From Pseudomonadota bacterium (lineage in GTDB: Bacteria; Pseudomonadota; Gammaproteobacteria; UBA1113), in assembly GCA_021781965.1 (NCBI GenBank), contig JAJXVU010000002.1:28788-92787 (forward strand): DNA of 64,000 bases, written 5' to 3'. Under the pieces are notes generated by a model. It was not told the origin of the DNA. It saw only the letters and a list, made by a program, of their open reading frames with translations, and did no database searches. This document shows positions 39,878 through 50,615 of the stretch, piece by piece; positions within the stretch are counted from its first letter, which is position 1; each line of letters begins with the position of its first letter. The position numbers were made by a program, and so were the translations under genes.

Positions 39878-40386
39878 GTATTTCCGAAAGAGCGGGTGGC
39901 TAAGATATACTCTTATAAATATTTCTTCTAATAAGGTGCGGGCAGTTACGAAAAATCTTCTTTTTTTCTCATACTTTCCTTGCGCTTTTTCGTAAATGGG
40001 CTATAGTTAATTATAGAGGGTTCACTTAAGATTACCTTAAGGTTTCTAATCGAAGCCTCAACCCTCAAGTGGCTTAGCTTGGTGAAAACGGCTTCTGGCT
40101 TTTTCACCAACCGATGGTACGTTATATACTAACAGCAGTTGGTTTCCCTAAAAATCAAATGCGAAGAGTATACGAGATTTTGTTAATGGTTCTAACCCTG
40201 CCCTGGGTATCTAATCTGTGGGGCTGTGGTAGCGGTGTTCTGAGTTATCCCCAACCTCCGACGCCACTTCCTAAGCACTTGGTAGCCGCTGTTGCAGCCC
40301 CATAGATTACCTTACAAACCATCCGCTTGCATAAATGCGTAAAAATTCTTACCATAGGTGTCATATCCTATTTAAGTGAATAATAC

Positions 40387-41202
40387 ATGACTGAGCGTAT
40401 TCGACCTTTCCTAAAATGGGCTGGTGGTAAATTTAGGCTAGCACCTTGGATTGGTCAACATTTACCCACTGGTCCCTGCTTGATTGAGCCTTTTGTAGGC
40501 GCGGCTGCCATATTTTTAAACAGTTCATTTGACCATTATCTTTTAAATGACTGTAACCCCGACCTAATCAATTTATATCAACGCTTACAACAAGAAGGCA
40601 GACCATTTATCGATTATTGTCAATCTTTTTTTATTCCACGTAATAATACCGTTAAGCGTTATTACCTTTTACGACAACTTTTTAATGACAGCAGGGATCC
40701 ACAAGAAAAAGCGGCCCTATTTTTATATTTAAATCGCCATTGCTTTAACGGTTTGTGTAGATACAATAGCAAGGGTAAGTTTAACGTCCCCATGGGAGAA
40801 TATGCAAAACCCTATTTTCCTTACAAAGAGATGCTTGCATTTTATGAAAAAGCACAACGCGCTGTTTTTAGTTGTGAAGATTTTACGACCATTATGCATA
40901 AAGCACGTGCCGAAGATGTCGTTTACTGTGACCCACCCTACTACCCCTTAAATAATGCCACCAGCTTCACGCGCTATCATCACGCCGGTTTTAGTTTGGA
41001 CGAACAAAGTGCATTGGCACAATTGTGTGTGGAGCTACAACAGCAAGGAACACGCATCATTGTTTCCAACCATGCCATGCCGGAAACACGTCGTTTATAT
41101 AAACAAGCAAAAAAACTGGTTTATTGTGATGTGCAGCGTACCATCAGTGCCGATAGCGCTCAACGATCGCCCGTTAAAGAGTTATTGGCTTTATATTTAT
41201 GA
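40387..41202 (+). CDS. dam: DNA adenine methyltransferase (Dam-type, GATC family)
   Basis: FLKWAGGK N-terminus and catalytic DPPY (VYCDPPY). Confidence 0.85.
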   Translation: MTERIRPFLKWAGGKFRLAPWIGQHLPTGPCLIEPFVGAAAIFLNSSFDHYLLNDCNPDLINLYQRLQQEGRPFIDYCQSFFIPRNNTVKRYYLLRQLFNDSRDPQEKAALFLYLNRHCFNGLCRYNSKGKFNVPMGEYAKPYFPYKEMLAFYEKAQRAVFSCEDFTTIMHKARAEDVVYCDPPYYPLNNATSFTRYHHAGFSLDEQSALAQLCVELQQQGTRIIVSNHAMPETRRLYKQAKKLVYCDVQRTISADSAQRSPVKELLALYL

Positions 41203-42323
41203 CTGCATTAGATTTCAATGCTTTAGCTGCAGACATCAAAGAATGGGGTCTTTCTTTGGGTTTTGCTGCTGTGGGTATTTGTGATATAGATCTCAATACC
41301 TATCGCGCCGATCTAGAAGCCTTTGTTGAAAAAGGTTTTCATGGCGAAATGGAGTATTTAGCACGCAATCCTGAGCTGCGCACCGATGCCACGCATTTGC
41401 TAATAGGTGCTTTACGTATTATTTCAGTACGCATGAATTATTTACCGCCCAATACACAGATGGTAAAACAACTAAAGAATAGCAAAAAAGCTTATGTTTC
41501 ACGTTATGCTGTAGGCGGCGATTATCACAAATTGATGCGCAAGCGCCTGGCAAAACTCGCCAAACAAATCAATGAGCGCGTTGCGGGTTATGGTTATCGT
41601 GCCATAACCGACAGTGCACCCTTGATGGAGAAACCCATTGCCGAAAAAGCAGGTTTAGGCTGGATAGGTAAGAATACGTTGTTATTGAATAAAGAGGCTG
41701 GTTCATGGTTTTTTCTAGGAGAATTACTCACCACTTTGCCATTACCTGTAGACAAACCTGTGATTCAAGACGGTTGTCAAAATTGTCAAGCTTGTTTGAA
41801 AATATGCCCTACTGGTGCTTTGATCAACGCCAAACAAATAGATGCCAGACGCTGCATTTCTTATTTAACCATAGAACACAAGACGGCGATCCCCCTAGAA
41901 TTAAGACCCCTTATGGGTAATCGCATTTATGGTTGTGATGATTGTCAACTCATTTGTCCGTGGAACCGTTACGCACCCGCAACGGCAGAGCCACAGTTTC
42001 ATGCACGCAATGATTTTGACAGCGCCGAATTGGTAGAATTATTTTCTTGGAGTGAAAAAACCTTTTTAGAAAAAACCATCGGCTCCGCTATACGTCGTTT
42101 AGGTCATGCGCGTTGGTTACGCAACATTGCCGTTGCCATGGGCAATGCTGTTTATGATAACGCTATCATCGCTGCCTTAGAACAACGTTTAGATTACTCC
42201 GATGTGATGATAAGAGAGCATATTGAATGGGCACTGACGCAGCAACGGGCAAAGAAAGATAAAGCGCATTTAGAAGACGCCCAGTTGAAAAAAATAACGG
42301 CTAAGTTAAATGTGCATTATTAG
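41199..42323 (+). CDS. queG: Epoxyqueuosine reductase QueG
   Basis: Two 4Fe-4S motifs (CQNCQACLKICP, CDDCQLICP) with the QueG N-terminal domain. Confidence 0.85.
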   Translation: MTALDFNALAADIKEWGLSLGFAAVGICDIDLNTYRADLEAFVEKGFHGEMEYLARNPELRTDATHLLIGALRIISVRMNYLPPNTQMVKQLKNSKKAYVSRYAVGGDYHKLMRKRLAKLAKQINERVAGYGYRAITDSAPLMEKPIAEKAGLGWIGKNTLLLNKEAGSWFFLGELLTTLPLPVDKPVIQDGCQNCQACLKICPTGALINAKQIDARRCISYLTIEHKTAIPLELRPLMGNRIYGCDDCQLICPWNRYAPATAEPQFHARNDFDSAELVELFSWSEKTFLEKTIGSAIRRLGHARWLRNIAVAMGNAVYDNAIIAALEQRLDYSDVMIREHIEWALTQQRAKKDKAHLEDAQLKKITAKLNVHY

Positions 42324-42324
42324 G

Positions 42325-44280
42325 TTATAGTTTTGGTGCGGGCCCAGAGGGTCCCGATAACCCGTGTGAAGGCGACTCTGAACTTTGAGGTAAAGGATTT
42401 TTTAGATTTTCAAATACATACTCCATTGCAGCCTCAAAAAAAATCTTACCACAATGATAAAAAGGAATTTCCCCGCATCTTGCTCTCGCTCTTTGAAGCG
42501 CCTCCGGGATAACTACAGAATAATTGATTTCAACCTGCGCTTCTTCACTGATATATTCTAAAGCTTTGTATAAAACGATTTCTAATAAGCCTTGATCATG
42601 ATTTTTTTTCTGAGCCTCTACAAAATTCTCAAATTCTTCTTGGGTATTCATTTGCTTAATTCTAGAAGCAAACTTCTCATTAATGTACATCTCGTCTGAA
42701 TGACAAGGCTTACCATAAAATCCAGGGCATCGTTTAAATAATGCCACAAAGAAGTACAAACAGATTGTTACCATATTTTCAAAACACCAGAAGTCCTTAT
42801 TCCATTTAGGCAGAATAACTTTAGTTAAAGCTTCTTTACGCATTGAAAATTCCCTAACATCTTGTTCTCTCAGTTCTGAAAACCTATCAAAAAATCTATT
42901 TTCTCTTACAGAGGCTAGTCTAAATTCTGGAATCAAACTGAAACGGTGCTTCATTAACCCCTTCTCCTTTTCCCTTATTTTCTTTCCAATGAGTTTCAGT
43001 TCCTCTTGTAATTTTTTTATTTTTTCACCATGCTGGGAAACAACCCTCTCGAATTCAGCCTGTATATTTGGGTCAAATGGTTCAATTTCCATTGAGGATT
43101 TTTCAGAATTGCCTTGATTTATTTCATTACAATTATTAAACGGCATCTGGTTAGTAATTTGCTCGCTATATTCTTCAACCGTTTTTGGGCATTGCGCCGT
43201 GACAGTCTCCAGCTCCTCTCTTTTAAGCATTGCTCTGTCTTGCAAAGCTTTAAGCTTACGCCCCTTAGAAAGCCTATTTTTATAATCTTGCAAAACATTT
43301 ATAAGCCCACTGTAAATGCGATGGTAATCTTCTTTAAAAACGATTTTTTGGATGGGCTTCTTTAAATCATCATATGGCAAAATGGCATTAAAAATGCTAT
43401 AAATTGTAGGTTTTTCTACACTAAAAAAAATATCCGTCATACCTTTCTTGTAAGCTTGGGCAGCATCAGGATTGTCTAATACCAAGTAATACATGTAACG
43501 ATCGTATAGGCGCAATCTGTCTAATATTTCCTGGATATCCGTTTCTTTTTCAATAGCCATCCTTATTAGATCATTATTTGAGATAAATACTTTTACATCT
43601 CGATCTAAATCAAACTTTCTTTTAGAAAACAGTCTCATAAACGATTCAACATCTGCAAAAGAATTAATGCCTAAATCCCGAAAATGCTCACTGTCGTTTA
43701 AGTTATCTGAATACTCTTCTAAAAACCCCCTATGTCCACAGGGGTAGGTTTTGGAATACCTTGCAACTTGTTTTTCTTTTTTTGAGGTTTTATGCTTAAA
43801 AAAAGAAAGTGGGGCTCCTGACCGTTGGTCACCCCTTGGACCTGCTGCTGCAGCAGAGGATAAGTTCCACTCTGAGGTAGAGGAGGTTATTGTGTGTTGA
43901 GGAGTTTGACCACACCCTAATTCTCGAGACGTAAGAGCGCCGCATTCAGGGTGCACTGGAAAATAATAATTGTGTAACTTTAAAGGAGAAAGAGAGCTTA
44001 ATTGTTTCCTTTTATCGGCGGCCTTTTCTGGGGTAGGGCTTCTTGAAAGGTTATCAAAAGAAGGTGAGGAGGTAGGTGACGTAGGCAGGCTCATAAAGCT
44101 CAAAGGACTAGTAGCACTAGATGAAACGCTAATAACACTATCAAGGTTAGACGTAGACTGACTCACCGTTCTAGCAGAATCCCGCCCCTTCTCGGCTCCC
44201 ATCTCATTAGGTTGTACCAAATCTACATCTAATCCCCGATGAGTTGAATCCCGGCGACTTGCACTCCCGCGCTTGCGCAT
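42325..44280 (-). CDS. Large hypothetical protein (651 aa): Ser/Thr/Pro-rich N-terminus, coiled-coil centre, Cys-containing C-terminal region; effector-like
   Basis: No recognisable enzymatic domain. N-terminal 150 aa are low-complexity S/T/P-rich. Central segment is K/E-rich and coiled-coil-like. Confidence 0.5.
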   Translation of the reverse strand: MRKRGSASRRDSTHRGLDVDLVQPNEMGAEKGRDSARTVSQSTSNLDSVISVSSSATSPLSFMSLPTSPTSSPSFDNLSRSPTPEKAADKRKQLSSLSPLKLHNYYFPVHPECGALTSRELGCGQTPQHTITSSTSEWNLSSAAAAGPRGDQRSGAPLSFFKHKTSKKEKQVARYSKTYPCGHRGFLEEYSDNLNDSEHFRDLGINSFADVESFMRLFSKRKFDLDRDVKVFISNNDLIRMAIEKETDIQEILDRLRLYDRYMYYLVLDNPDAAQAYKKGMTDIFFSVEKPTIYSIFNAILPYDDLKKPIQKIVFKEDYHRIYSGLINVLQDYKNRLSKGRKLKALQDRAMLKREELETVTAQCPKTVEEYSEQITNQMPFNNCNEINQGNSEKSSMEIEPFDPNIQAEFERVVSQHGEKIKKLQEELKLIGKKIREKEKGLMKHRFSLIPEFRLASVRENRFFDRFSELREQDVREFSMRKEALTKVILPKWNKDFWCFENMVTICLYFFVALFKRCPGFYGKPCHSDEMYINEKFASRIKQMNTQEEFENFVEAQKKNHDQGLLEIVLYKALEYISEEAQVEINYSVVIPEALQRARARCGEIPFYHCGKIFFEAAMEYVFENLKNPLPQSSESPSHGLSGPSGPAPKL

Positions 44281-44392
44281 TTTTTGTTTTCCCTAATCAA
44301 TATCTGACAAAAATCCATTTTGTAGTATTACTGTAACAACCATTTGCTCAATTCGTCAATAACCGCTTATCTGCCATCGTTGCATACGTCGC

Positions 44393-45241
44393 TTACTTTC
44401 TACGCCGGACGTTCTGCACGGGAATGCTGGTTTCTGGTGGATATTCGTCTAGTTGCGCCAGTTTTTTCCCAAAAGCAATCCCATATACTACTTCAAGAGT
44501 CATTAACAAGCCGTACCCATCCCTTTGTGACTCATAAGATTCCTCTAAGCATTGCCACTGGCGTGGTGTGATCAAACCTTTATTCATATTTTGCAAAAAA
44601 TAAGTTGGGCCTTGCCGCAGTGCTAACATCAATTGCGCAAAATCTTTATAATATAAACTGAAATACTCTACATCAACCACAGGGTTTTTAAATTGCGCCT
44701 GCTGCAGTAGATCGCCCCAATTGTGCATATCGGTAAAAGTAGGGATATAGGGTTTGTCTGATAAAGTTGAAAATACTTGCCGTAGTTCTGTTAAAGAATC
44801 CGGCGCCAAAACAGAAAATAACAACACGCCATTAGGTTTTAAAACGCGTTGGATTTCGTGGATAACCGCTTCGGGCGCCGCACACCAATGCAACATCATA
44901 TGGCAAAAAATAACATCTATAGAAGCATCTGCAAAAGGTAATAGTTCCGCTCTGGCACATAACGCTGGCTCTTTAGCTTCATCCAACTTTTGCAATTGAG
45001 ACAGCGCATAATCGACGGCGATGACTTTAGATTGCGGATATTGTTGCACTAAGGTTTCAGTAAAGAGTCCAGCGCCTGCGCCTAGATCGACTATAACTTG
45101 CGGCTGTAGATTCAATGCTGCTAAGCGCTGTACTAAGTTTTCGCCCAGGGCTTTGCTCACAGCAATGTGATGATCACTGCTTCTCAAGCGTTGAAACTCG
45201 GCGCGAATACGTTGTGGATTGATGGCAAATAATGTATTCAT
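44393..45241 (-). CDS. Class I SAM-dependent methyltransferase, BioC-like (malonyl-ACP O-methyltransferase family)
   Basis: SAM-binding motif VDLGAGAG in an overall BioC-like layout. Confidence 0.55.
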   Translation of the reverse strand: MNTLFAINPQRIRAEFQRLRSSDHHIAVSKALGENLVQRLAALNLQPQVIVDLGAGAGLFTETLVQQYPQSKVIAVDYALSQLQKLDEAKEPALCARAELLPFADASIDVIFCHMMLHWCAAPEAVIHEIQRVLKPNGVLLFSVLAPDSLTELRQVFSTLSDKPYIPTFTDMHNWGDLLQQAQFKNPVVDVEYFSLYYKDFAQLMLALRQGPTYFLQNMNKGLITPRQWQCLEESYESQRDGYGLLMTLEVVYGIAFGKKLAQLDEYPPETSIPVQNVRRRK

Positions 45242-45292
45242 GAATGCCTTTTTAATGTATAATAAAAAGAATATTGTGCATGGTATCTCTGT

Positions 45293-45976
45293 ATGTTTAA
45301 ATCTCTATGGCCCACACATTGCCTTATTTGTTTGCAAACCGTGGCGGCTACTAATCCCATCGAACACTTGTGCATGGACTGCTTAGACCTATTGCCGTGG
45401 AATACACCTGCTTGCATTCGCTGCGCCCAACCCCTGCCCATGGCGCTAGCTTATTGTGCGCACTGTTTAGGAAAACCCATGCGGCAACAACGGTCTTATA
45501 TCTTGTTCAATTATACGTCGCCCATCAGCGATTGGATCCACGCCGCTAAATTTGAAGCGAGCTTCATTCATTGCCGTTTGCTCAGTCAATTATTATCGCA
45601 CACCTTAGCCCATAGAAGCACGCCCTGGCCACAATGCATAGTGCCCATACCTTTGCACCCCCGCCGTCTACGACAACGCGGTTATAATCAAGTCATTGAA
45701 ATAGCACGCACCGTGTGTGATCGTTTTGAGATCCCTATGGATAAACAGTCGTTGCAGCGCCATCGTTATAACCAGCCGCAAAGTAAATTAGCGCTGAAAG
45801 AGCGTAAAGACAATGTACGGGATAGTTTTCAATTGCAAAAAGCACTCGGCGTGTCGCATATAGCCTTGTTAGACGATGTGAGCACCAGCGGCAATACCTT
45901 GGAAGCCGCTAGCCGTGCGTTACTGATGCAAGGACCTTTAGAACTGGAGTTTTGGTGTATTGCAAAACCGTTCTGA
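45293..45976 (+). CDS. ComF/GntX-family phosphoribosyltransferase-domain protein
   Basis: N-terminal Cys-rich zinc ribbon (CLICL...CMDC) and a PRTase motif LLDDVSTSGNT. Confidence 0.75.
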   Translation: MFKSLWPTHCLICLQTVAATNPIEHLCMDCLDLLPWNTPACIRCAQPLPMALAYCAHCLGKPMRQQRSYILFNYTSPISDWIHAAKFEASFIHCRLLSQLLSHTLAHRSTPWPQCIVPIPLHPRRLRQRGYNQVIEIARTVCDRFEIPMDKQSLQRHRYNQPQSKLALKERKDNVRDSFQLQKALGVSHIALLDDVSTSGNTLEAASRALLMQGPLELEFWCIAKPF

Positions 45977-45984
45977 TATACTCA

Positions 45985-46105
45985 CCGCTGTTGGTTCGAT
46001 AGGGCAGAAGACTAGTCCTCGAGCACCAGGAGTGACGTACTTCTGTCATATACTGGGGGGCGAGTGGGTGTAGGCAACAAAGCATAAAAGTCAAATGCGA
46101 AGAGT
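45985..46105 (+). repeat. About 120-bp intergenic repeat, family B, copy 1
   Basis: About 75% identical to the reverse complement of 53600-53720. A 20-bp terminal fragment (tcaaatgcgaagagtatac) also occurs at 40155-40175. Confidence 0.65.
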
Positions 46106-46108
46106 ATA

Positions 46109-46654
46109 CTACCAGGTCTGTATTTTCTCTCGATAATACCTAAGCTCAGCAATAGAATCTTGTATATCATCTAAAGCCCGATGCTGCGAAGTCTTGCGCA
46201 TCCCTTCAATAATGTCTGGACGCCAACGACGCGCTAGTTCTTTAAGCGTGCTGACATCGATTTGTCTATAATGAAAATATTGTTCTAATTCCGGCATATA
46301 TTCTGCTAAAAAACGTCTGTCTTGGCAAATGCTATTGCCACACATGGGTGATACCCCGGCAGGAATGTATTTTTTTAGAAACTCGATGGTCTGGTCTTCG
46401 GCTTTGCGTTCATCATAGTGGCTAGCACGCACTCTCTCTACTAACCCCGACCCGTTGTGCTGGCGCACGTTCCATTCATCCATACGTGATAGCACTGCAT
46501 CACTTTGATGAATGGCAATTACGGGCCCTTCGGCCAATATATTCAATTCTTTATCCGTGAGGATGGTAGCAATTTCAATAATGCGATCTGTTTTAGGGTT
46601 TAAACCCGTCATTTCTAGATCGATCCAAATTAAGTCTAAGCCTTCTTGCGGCAT
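46109..46654 (-). CDS. orn: Oligoribonuclease
   Basis: DEDDh exonuclease with [10 protein letters not shown]. Confidence 0.9.
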   Translation of the reverse strand: MPQEGLDLIWIDLEMTGLNPKTDRIIEIATILTDKELNILAEGPVIAIHQSDAVLSRMDEWNVRQHNGSGLVERVRASHYDERKAEDQTIEFLKKYIPAGVSPMCGNSICQDRRFLAEYMPELEQYFHYRQIDVSTLKELARRWRPDIIEGMRKTSQHRALDDIQDSIAELRYYREKIQTW

Positions 46655-46689
46655 GGTTTTATATCCTTACTTAACATTTACACTTTATT

Positions 46690-46810
46690 AACACGGTTAG
46701 ATCCAGGGCTGAATATCATAAGTCTGCGCTGGCTGGGTCCTGTCACGGTGATACCCCGTCGTGCTCGTGCCTGCGCGCGCCGAGGACCCCCTCACCGTGA
46801 CACCCAGCCA
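46690..46810 (+). repeat. GC-rich palindromic intergenic repeat, family C, copy 1
   Basis: Similar to the reverse complement of 62650-62765. Internal inverted repeat gctgggtcctgtcacggtga...tcaccgtgacacccagcc. Confidence 0.6.
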
Positions 46811-46947
46811 TGACTCTCCTGCCTCGTACAGCGCGAATCGATATCAAAATGTTGAATCATTACAAATGATATAATCTTAATGGCTAAATCGCCTAAATAC
46901 AAGCGCAGCCCTTGCTTTTTGTTGTAAAAAGGCTTTCAATACACCTT

Positions 46948-47532
46948 ATGGTAACTTTTATAGCTTTTATGATAGGCGCCTATTTATTGGGCTCCATTTC
47001 CAGCGCTGTGCTCATCTGCAGATTAGCAGGTTTGGGTGATCCGCGTGCGCAAGGTTCTGGCAATCCGGGCACTACCAATGTATTGCGCATAGGCGGCAAG
47101 AAGCTCGCTATTTTTACCTTATTGGGAGATCTACTCAAAGGTTTTATTCCAGTTTACATCGCGCATTTTACATCCCTATCTGCGATGGCGATATCTTCTA
47201 TCGCCTTAGCCGCTTTCATAGGTCATTTGTTTCCCGTATTTTTTGGCTTTAAAGGCGGCAAAGGAGTCGCTACTGCATTGGGTGTTTTATTGGCCCTGGC
47301 TTGGCCTGTAGGTTGTGCAGCACTCATCACTTGGATTGTAGTCGCAGCACTATTTCGTTATTCCTCTTTAGCAGCATTGGTCACCGCGGTGCTGTTGCCG
47401 CTGTATGTTTATCTGTGGTCGAACCCAGAATATTTAATCGCAGTGATTATTATCTCGTTGTTGTTAATAATAAAACATCGCGATAATATCCTGCGTTTGT
47501 GGTCCGGCAAGGAAAGTAAGATTAAATTGTAA
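46948..47532 (+). CDS. plsY: Glycerol-3-phosphate acyltransferase PlsY
   Basis: GSGNPGTTNVLR motif. Start placed at the internal ATG (MVTFIAF), consistent with PlsY N-termini; the track ORF begins at 46912. Confidence 0.8.
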   Translation: MVTFIAFMIGAYLLGSISSAVLICRLAGLGDPRAQGSGNPGTTNVLRIGGKKLAIFTLLGDLLKGFIPVYIAHFTSLSAMAISSIALAAFIGHLFPVFFGFKGGKGVATALGVLLALAWPVGCAALITWIVVAALFRYSSLAALVTAVLLPLYVYLWSNPEYLIAVIIISLLLIIKHRDNILRLWSGKESKIKL

Positions 47533-48019
47533 CTATCCACAACTGCAACAATGCCCACGCCACAACCCCGGCTGCGGCATCATCAACCATCACACCCCAA
47601 CCGCCGGGCAAATGTTTTTGCAGCCAGTTGATAGGCCAAGGTTTGAAAATATCAAAAATACGAAATAAAATAAAACCGATGATGAGTACATCCCATCTAA
47701 ATGGTGCATGACACAACGTAATCCACATGCCGACCATTTCATCCCAAACAATGCAGCTCGGATCTTTTTTTCGAAATGCTTTTTCAGAATAACCGCACAA
47801 TGCTACACCGACGGCAAACGTGATAATGAGTAACAAACCGTATTGCCATAAAGGTAGCTTACTGAATATATAAAAAAGTGGAATCGCAATAAGACTGCCC
47901 CAAGTCCCCGGCATGCGCGGTAATAAGCCGCTACCCAAACCGCAGCTTAAATAATGCAGTGGATTGGATAAGGCTAAGCGAACGACTTGTTTTTGGCTTA
48001 AGGGTTGTTCATCCGTCAT
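47522..48019 (-). CDS. pgpA: Phosphatidylglycerophosphatase A
   Basis: 165 aa with the PgpA fold and GTWGSL motif. Confidence 0.8.
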   Translation of the reverse strand: MTDEQPLSQKQVVRLALSNPLHYLSCGLGSGLLPRMPGTWGSLIAIPLFYIFSKLPLWQYGLLLIITFAVGVALCGYSEKAFRKKDPSCIVWDEMVGMWITLCHAPFRWDVLIIGFILFRIFDIFKPWPINWLQKHLPGGWGVMVDDAAAGVVAWALLQLWIVTI

Positions 48020-48493
48020 TTATTCTTGTTTATCCGATCTAGACTGCGACGAACGCCATTCCACTGGCCTTAAGCTAGGCATCAATTTGTCTAATACGGC
48101 ATTGACATATTTGAAGCTGTCTTCTGCGCCATAAATTTTTGCCAATTCAATTGCTTCGTTGATAACGACGCGATAAGGCGACTCATAGCAATGAGCGAAT
48201 TCATATGTACCTAATAACAAAATAGAACGCTCTATGGGATCGACTTGTTCTAAGGAACGTTCTGATTCTTTAGTCATAACGCGACCCAATATCTCACACA
48301 ATTTGGTGTGATGTTCTAGAACGCCAGTTAAAATTTTATTGAAAAATTCCACATCCATTTGTCTGGCATATTCATCGACGGTGAATTGCCGGCTGATGTA
48401 ACCCATTTCGTTGCCCGTTAACAACCATTGATAGATGGCTTGCATGGCGAAGCGTCTGGACATGCGGCGTTTGCGTGGATTAATGTTTTGCAT
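48020..48493 (-). CDS. nusB: Transcription antitermination factor NusB
   Basis: RRFAMQAIYQW N-terminal motif. Confidence 0.85.
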   Translation of the reverse strand: MQNINPRKRRMSRRFAMQAIYQWLLTGNEMGYISRQFTVDEYARQMDVEFFNKILTGVLEHHTKLCEILGRVMTKESERSLEQVDPIERSILLLGTYEFAHCYESPYRVVINEAIELAKIYGAEDSFKYVNAVLDKLMPSLRPVEWRSSQSRSDKQE

Positions 48494-48500
48494 TGTTGTT

Positions 48501-48959
48501 CTACCCTTCTCTACGTTTTAATTTTTGTATTTCTTTACGAAATGCTTCTAAATCTTCAAAAGATTTATACACTGAAGCAAAACGCACATACGCGACTTCA
48601 TCTAATAACAGTAACTCTTCCATCACCCACTCTCCAATTAAAGACGACTGCACTTCTCTCTCGGCCACAGCACGCAAGCGGCTTAAAATGCGGTGTATCG
48701 CCGCCTCTATGGCATCGGTCGCCACAGCGCGTTTTTCCAAGGATTTTAAAATACCCACCCTTAACTTGTTTTCATCGAACTGACTACGTGTGCCATCTCG
48801 TTTGATAATGCGCGGCCACGATAATTCTACCACTTCAAAAGTAGTAAATCGTTCATTGCAGGATAAACATTCTCGCCTACGCCGAATTTGATCGCCCGTG
48901 ACCACCAAGCGCGAATCAATTACCTTGGTTTCTTCAAAATGGCAAAATGGACAATACAT
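48501..48959 (-). CDS. nrdR: Transcriptional repressor NrdR
   Basis: MYCPFC zinc ribbon and an ATP-cone. Start moved to the internal ATG (M10 of the track ORF). Confidence 0.85.
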   Translation of the reverse strand: MYCPFCHFEETKVIDSRLVVTGDQIRRRRECLSCNERFTTFEVVELSWPRIIKRDGTRSQFDENKLRVGILKSLEKRAVATDAIEAAIHRILSRLRAVAEREVQSSLIGEWVMEELLLLDEVAYVRFASVYKSFEDLEAFRKEIQKLKRREG

Positions 48960-49055
48960 CGGAACTATCTGCTCCCTTTTGAACAAAAGCCCACATTGGG
49001 CGCATTTTCGGTGCTCTTAGATGAGAAATCGTTACAATACATTGTACGTGTGTCC

Positions 49056-50306
49056 TTATCGATAAACAGGGAAACGTTGACACAATTGTAGCACTTCTCT
49101 GCGAACTTGTTGTAATACTTGTTCATCGCCGATATTTTCCAGCACGCGCTGTATCCAATCTGCTAAAAGATGCATTTCGGCTTCTTTAAAACCGCGCGTC
49201 GTTGCCGCGGGTGTACCTAGGCGCAGACCGCTGGTCACAAAGGGCGATCGCGTTTCGTGCGGAACTGTATTTTTATTGACCGTAATGTTAGCCTTGCCTA
49301 AGGCTTCTTCCGCATCTTTCCCCGTATACGGCTTATCCAACAAGCTTAACAAGAATAGATGGTTATCGGTACCCCCAGAGACTATATTAAAGCCTTTCTC
49401 CATTAAGTCCGCGGACAAAATTTGTGCATTTTTAACCACTTGCTGTTGATAGGTCTTAAATTCAGGTTGTAGTGCTTCTTTAAAAGCCGCCGCCTTGGCA
49501 GCAATAACATGCATTAAAGGCCCACCTTGCATGCCAGGGAAAACGACTGAATTGAGTTTTTTCTCGATCTCAGGATTCGCTTTAGCTAAAATTAAACCGC
49601 CACGAGGCCCGCGTAATGTTTTATGTGTGGTTGAAGTCGTCACATCGGCAATGGCTACGGGAGAAGGATACACGCCAGCTGCAACCAAGCCCGCTACATG
49701 CGCCATATCCACTACAAAGTAAGCATTGATGCGATCGGCAATTTCACGAAAAATGGACCAGTCTACACTGCGCGAATACGCCGAAAAGCCCGCTAAAACC
49801 ATTTTGGGCTTGTGTTCTAAAGCCAAAGCTTCCACTTGTTTATAATCTATGTAGCCTTTTTCGTCTAGGCCGTAAGAGATGGGTCTATATAGTTTACCGG
49901 AAAAATTCACTTTAGAACCGTGGGTTAAGTGCCCACCCTGCGATAAATCCATACCTAAAAAGGTATCGCCCGGCTCCATTAAGGCCATATACACCGCGGC
50001 ATTGGCTTGAGAGCCGGAATGTGGTTGCACATTGGCATAGGCAGCGCCAAACAATTCCTTAACACGGTTGATGGCGATACTTTCAGCTATGTCTACATAT
50101 TCACAACCACCATAATAGCGCTTACCAGGATAACCTTCGGCATATTTATTGGTTAATTGCGACCCTTGTGCCTCTAATACTGCCGGGCTAACATAGTTTT
50201 CCGATGCGATAAGTTCTATATGCTCTTCTTGCCTACGCTCTTCGGCCGCAATGGCTTGATATAACTCGGGATCTACATCGGCTAACGAGGAATGTTTATT
50301 GAACAT
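49056..50306 (-). CDS. glyA: Serine hydroxymethyltransferase
   Basis: 416 aa with the PLP-binding region [14 protein letters not shown]. Confidence 0.95.
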   Translation of the reverse strand: MFNKHSSLADVDPELYQAIAAEERRQEEHIELIASENYVSPAVLEAQGSQLTNKYAEGYPGKRYYGGCEYVDIAESIAINRVKELFGAAYANVQPHSGSQANAAVYMALMEPGDTFLGMDLSQGGHLTHGSKVNFSGKLYRPISYGLDEKGYIDYKQVEALALEHKPKMVLAGFSAYSRSVDWSIFREIADRINAYFVVDMAHVAGLVAAGVYPSPVAIADVTTSTTHKTLRGPRGGLILAKANPEIEKKLNSVVFPGMQGGPLMHVIAAKAAAFKEALQPEFKTYQQQVVKNAQILSADLMEKGFNIVSGGTDNHLFLLSLLDKPYTGKDAEEALGKANITVNKNTVPHETRSPFVTSGLRLGTPAATTRGFKEAEMHLLADWIQRVLENIGDEQVLQQVRREVLQLCQRFPVYR

Positions 50307-50615
50307 AGTATTTCCTTAAAGCGGGGCTTATTGAATAGCTCTATTTTATAGCAAAAATAGGAAAAAAGCGAGTTAGAAAAACGCTATGAATCATAATTTT
50401 AATTTACTTACAGCCATACTTGAAATATAAAATGAAACAAGAAAATATTGGTCCATGAAAAGAAATTAATTATCAATTTCAAGTAATATCTTTTTACAAT
50501 TGTGGCGCGCTTGATTGGATGAAATAGAGAGTACAATCCATATTTATGGGTAGACAAAGTGAGATAGTTGGATTCTACTTCATATATAGTGCCGTCTAAT
50601 ATTGTCTATAACCGC

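Noticed and set aside
40114-40305. 63-aa ORF upstream of dam
   Set aside because: It lies entirely within repeat-family fragments (tcaaatgcgaagagtatac plus a GC-rich element), so it is not a plausible protein.
44393-45241. Considered calling this methyltransferase BioH because a comF/gntX-like gene is divergently adjacent, as gntX is to bioH in E. coli
   Set aside because: The protein has a class I SAM-methyltransferase fold (VDLGAGAG), not an alpha/beta hydrolase. BioC-like is the better label.
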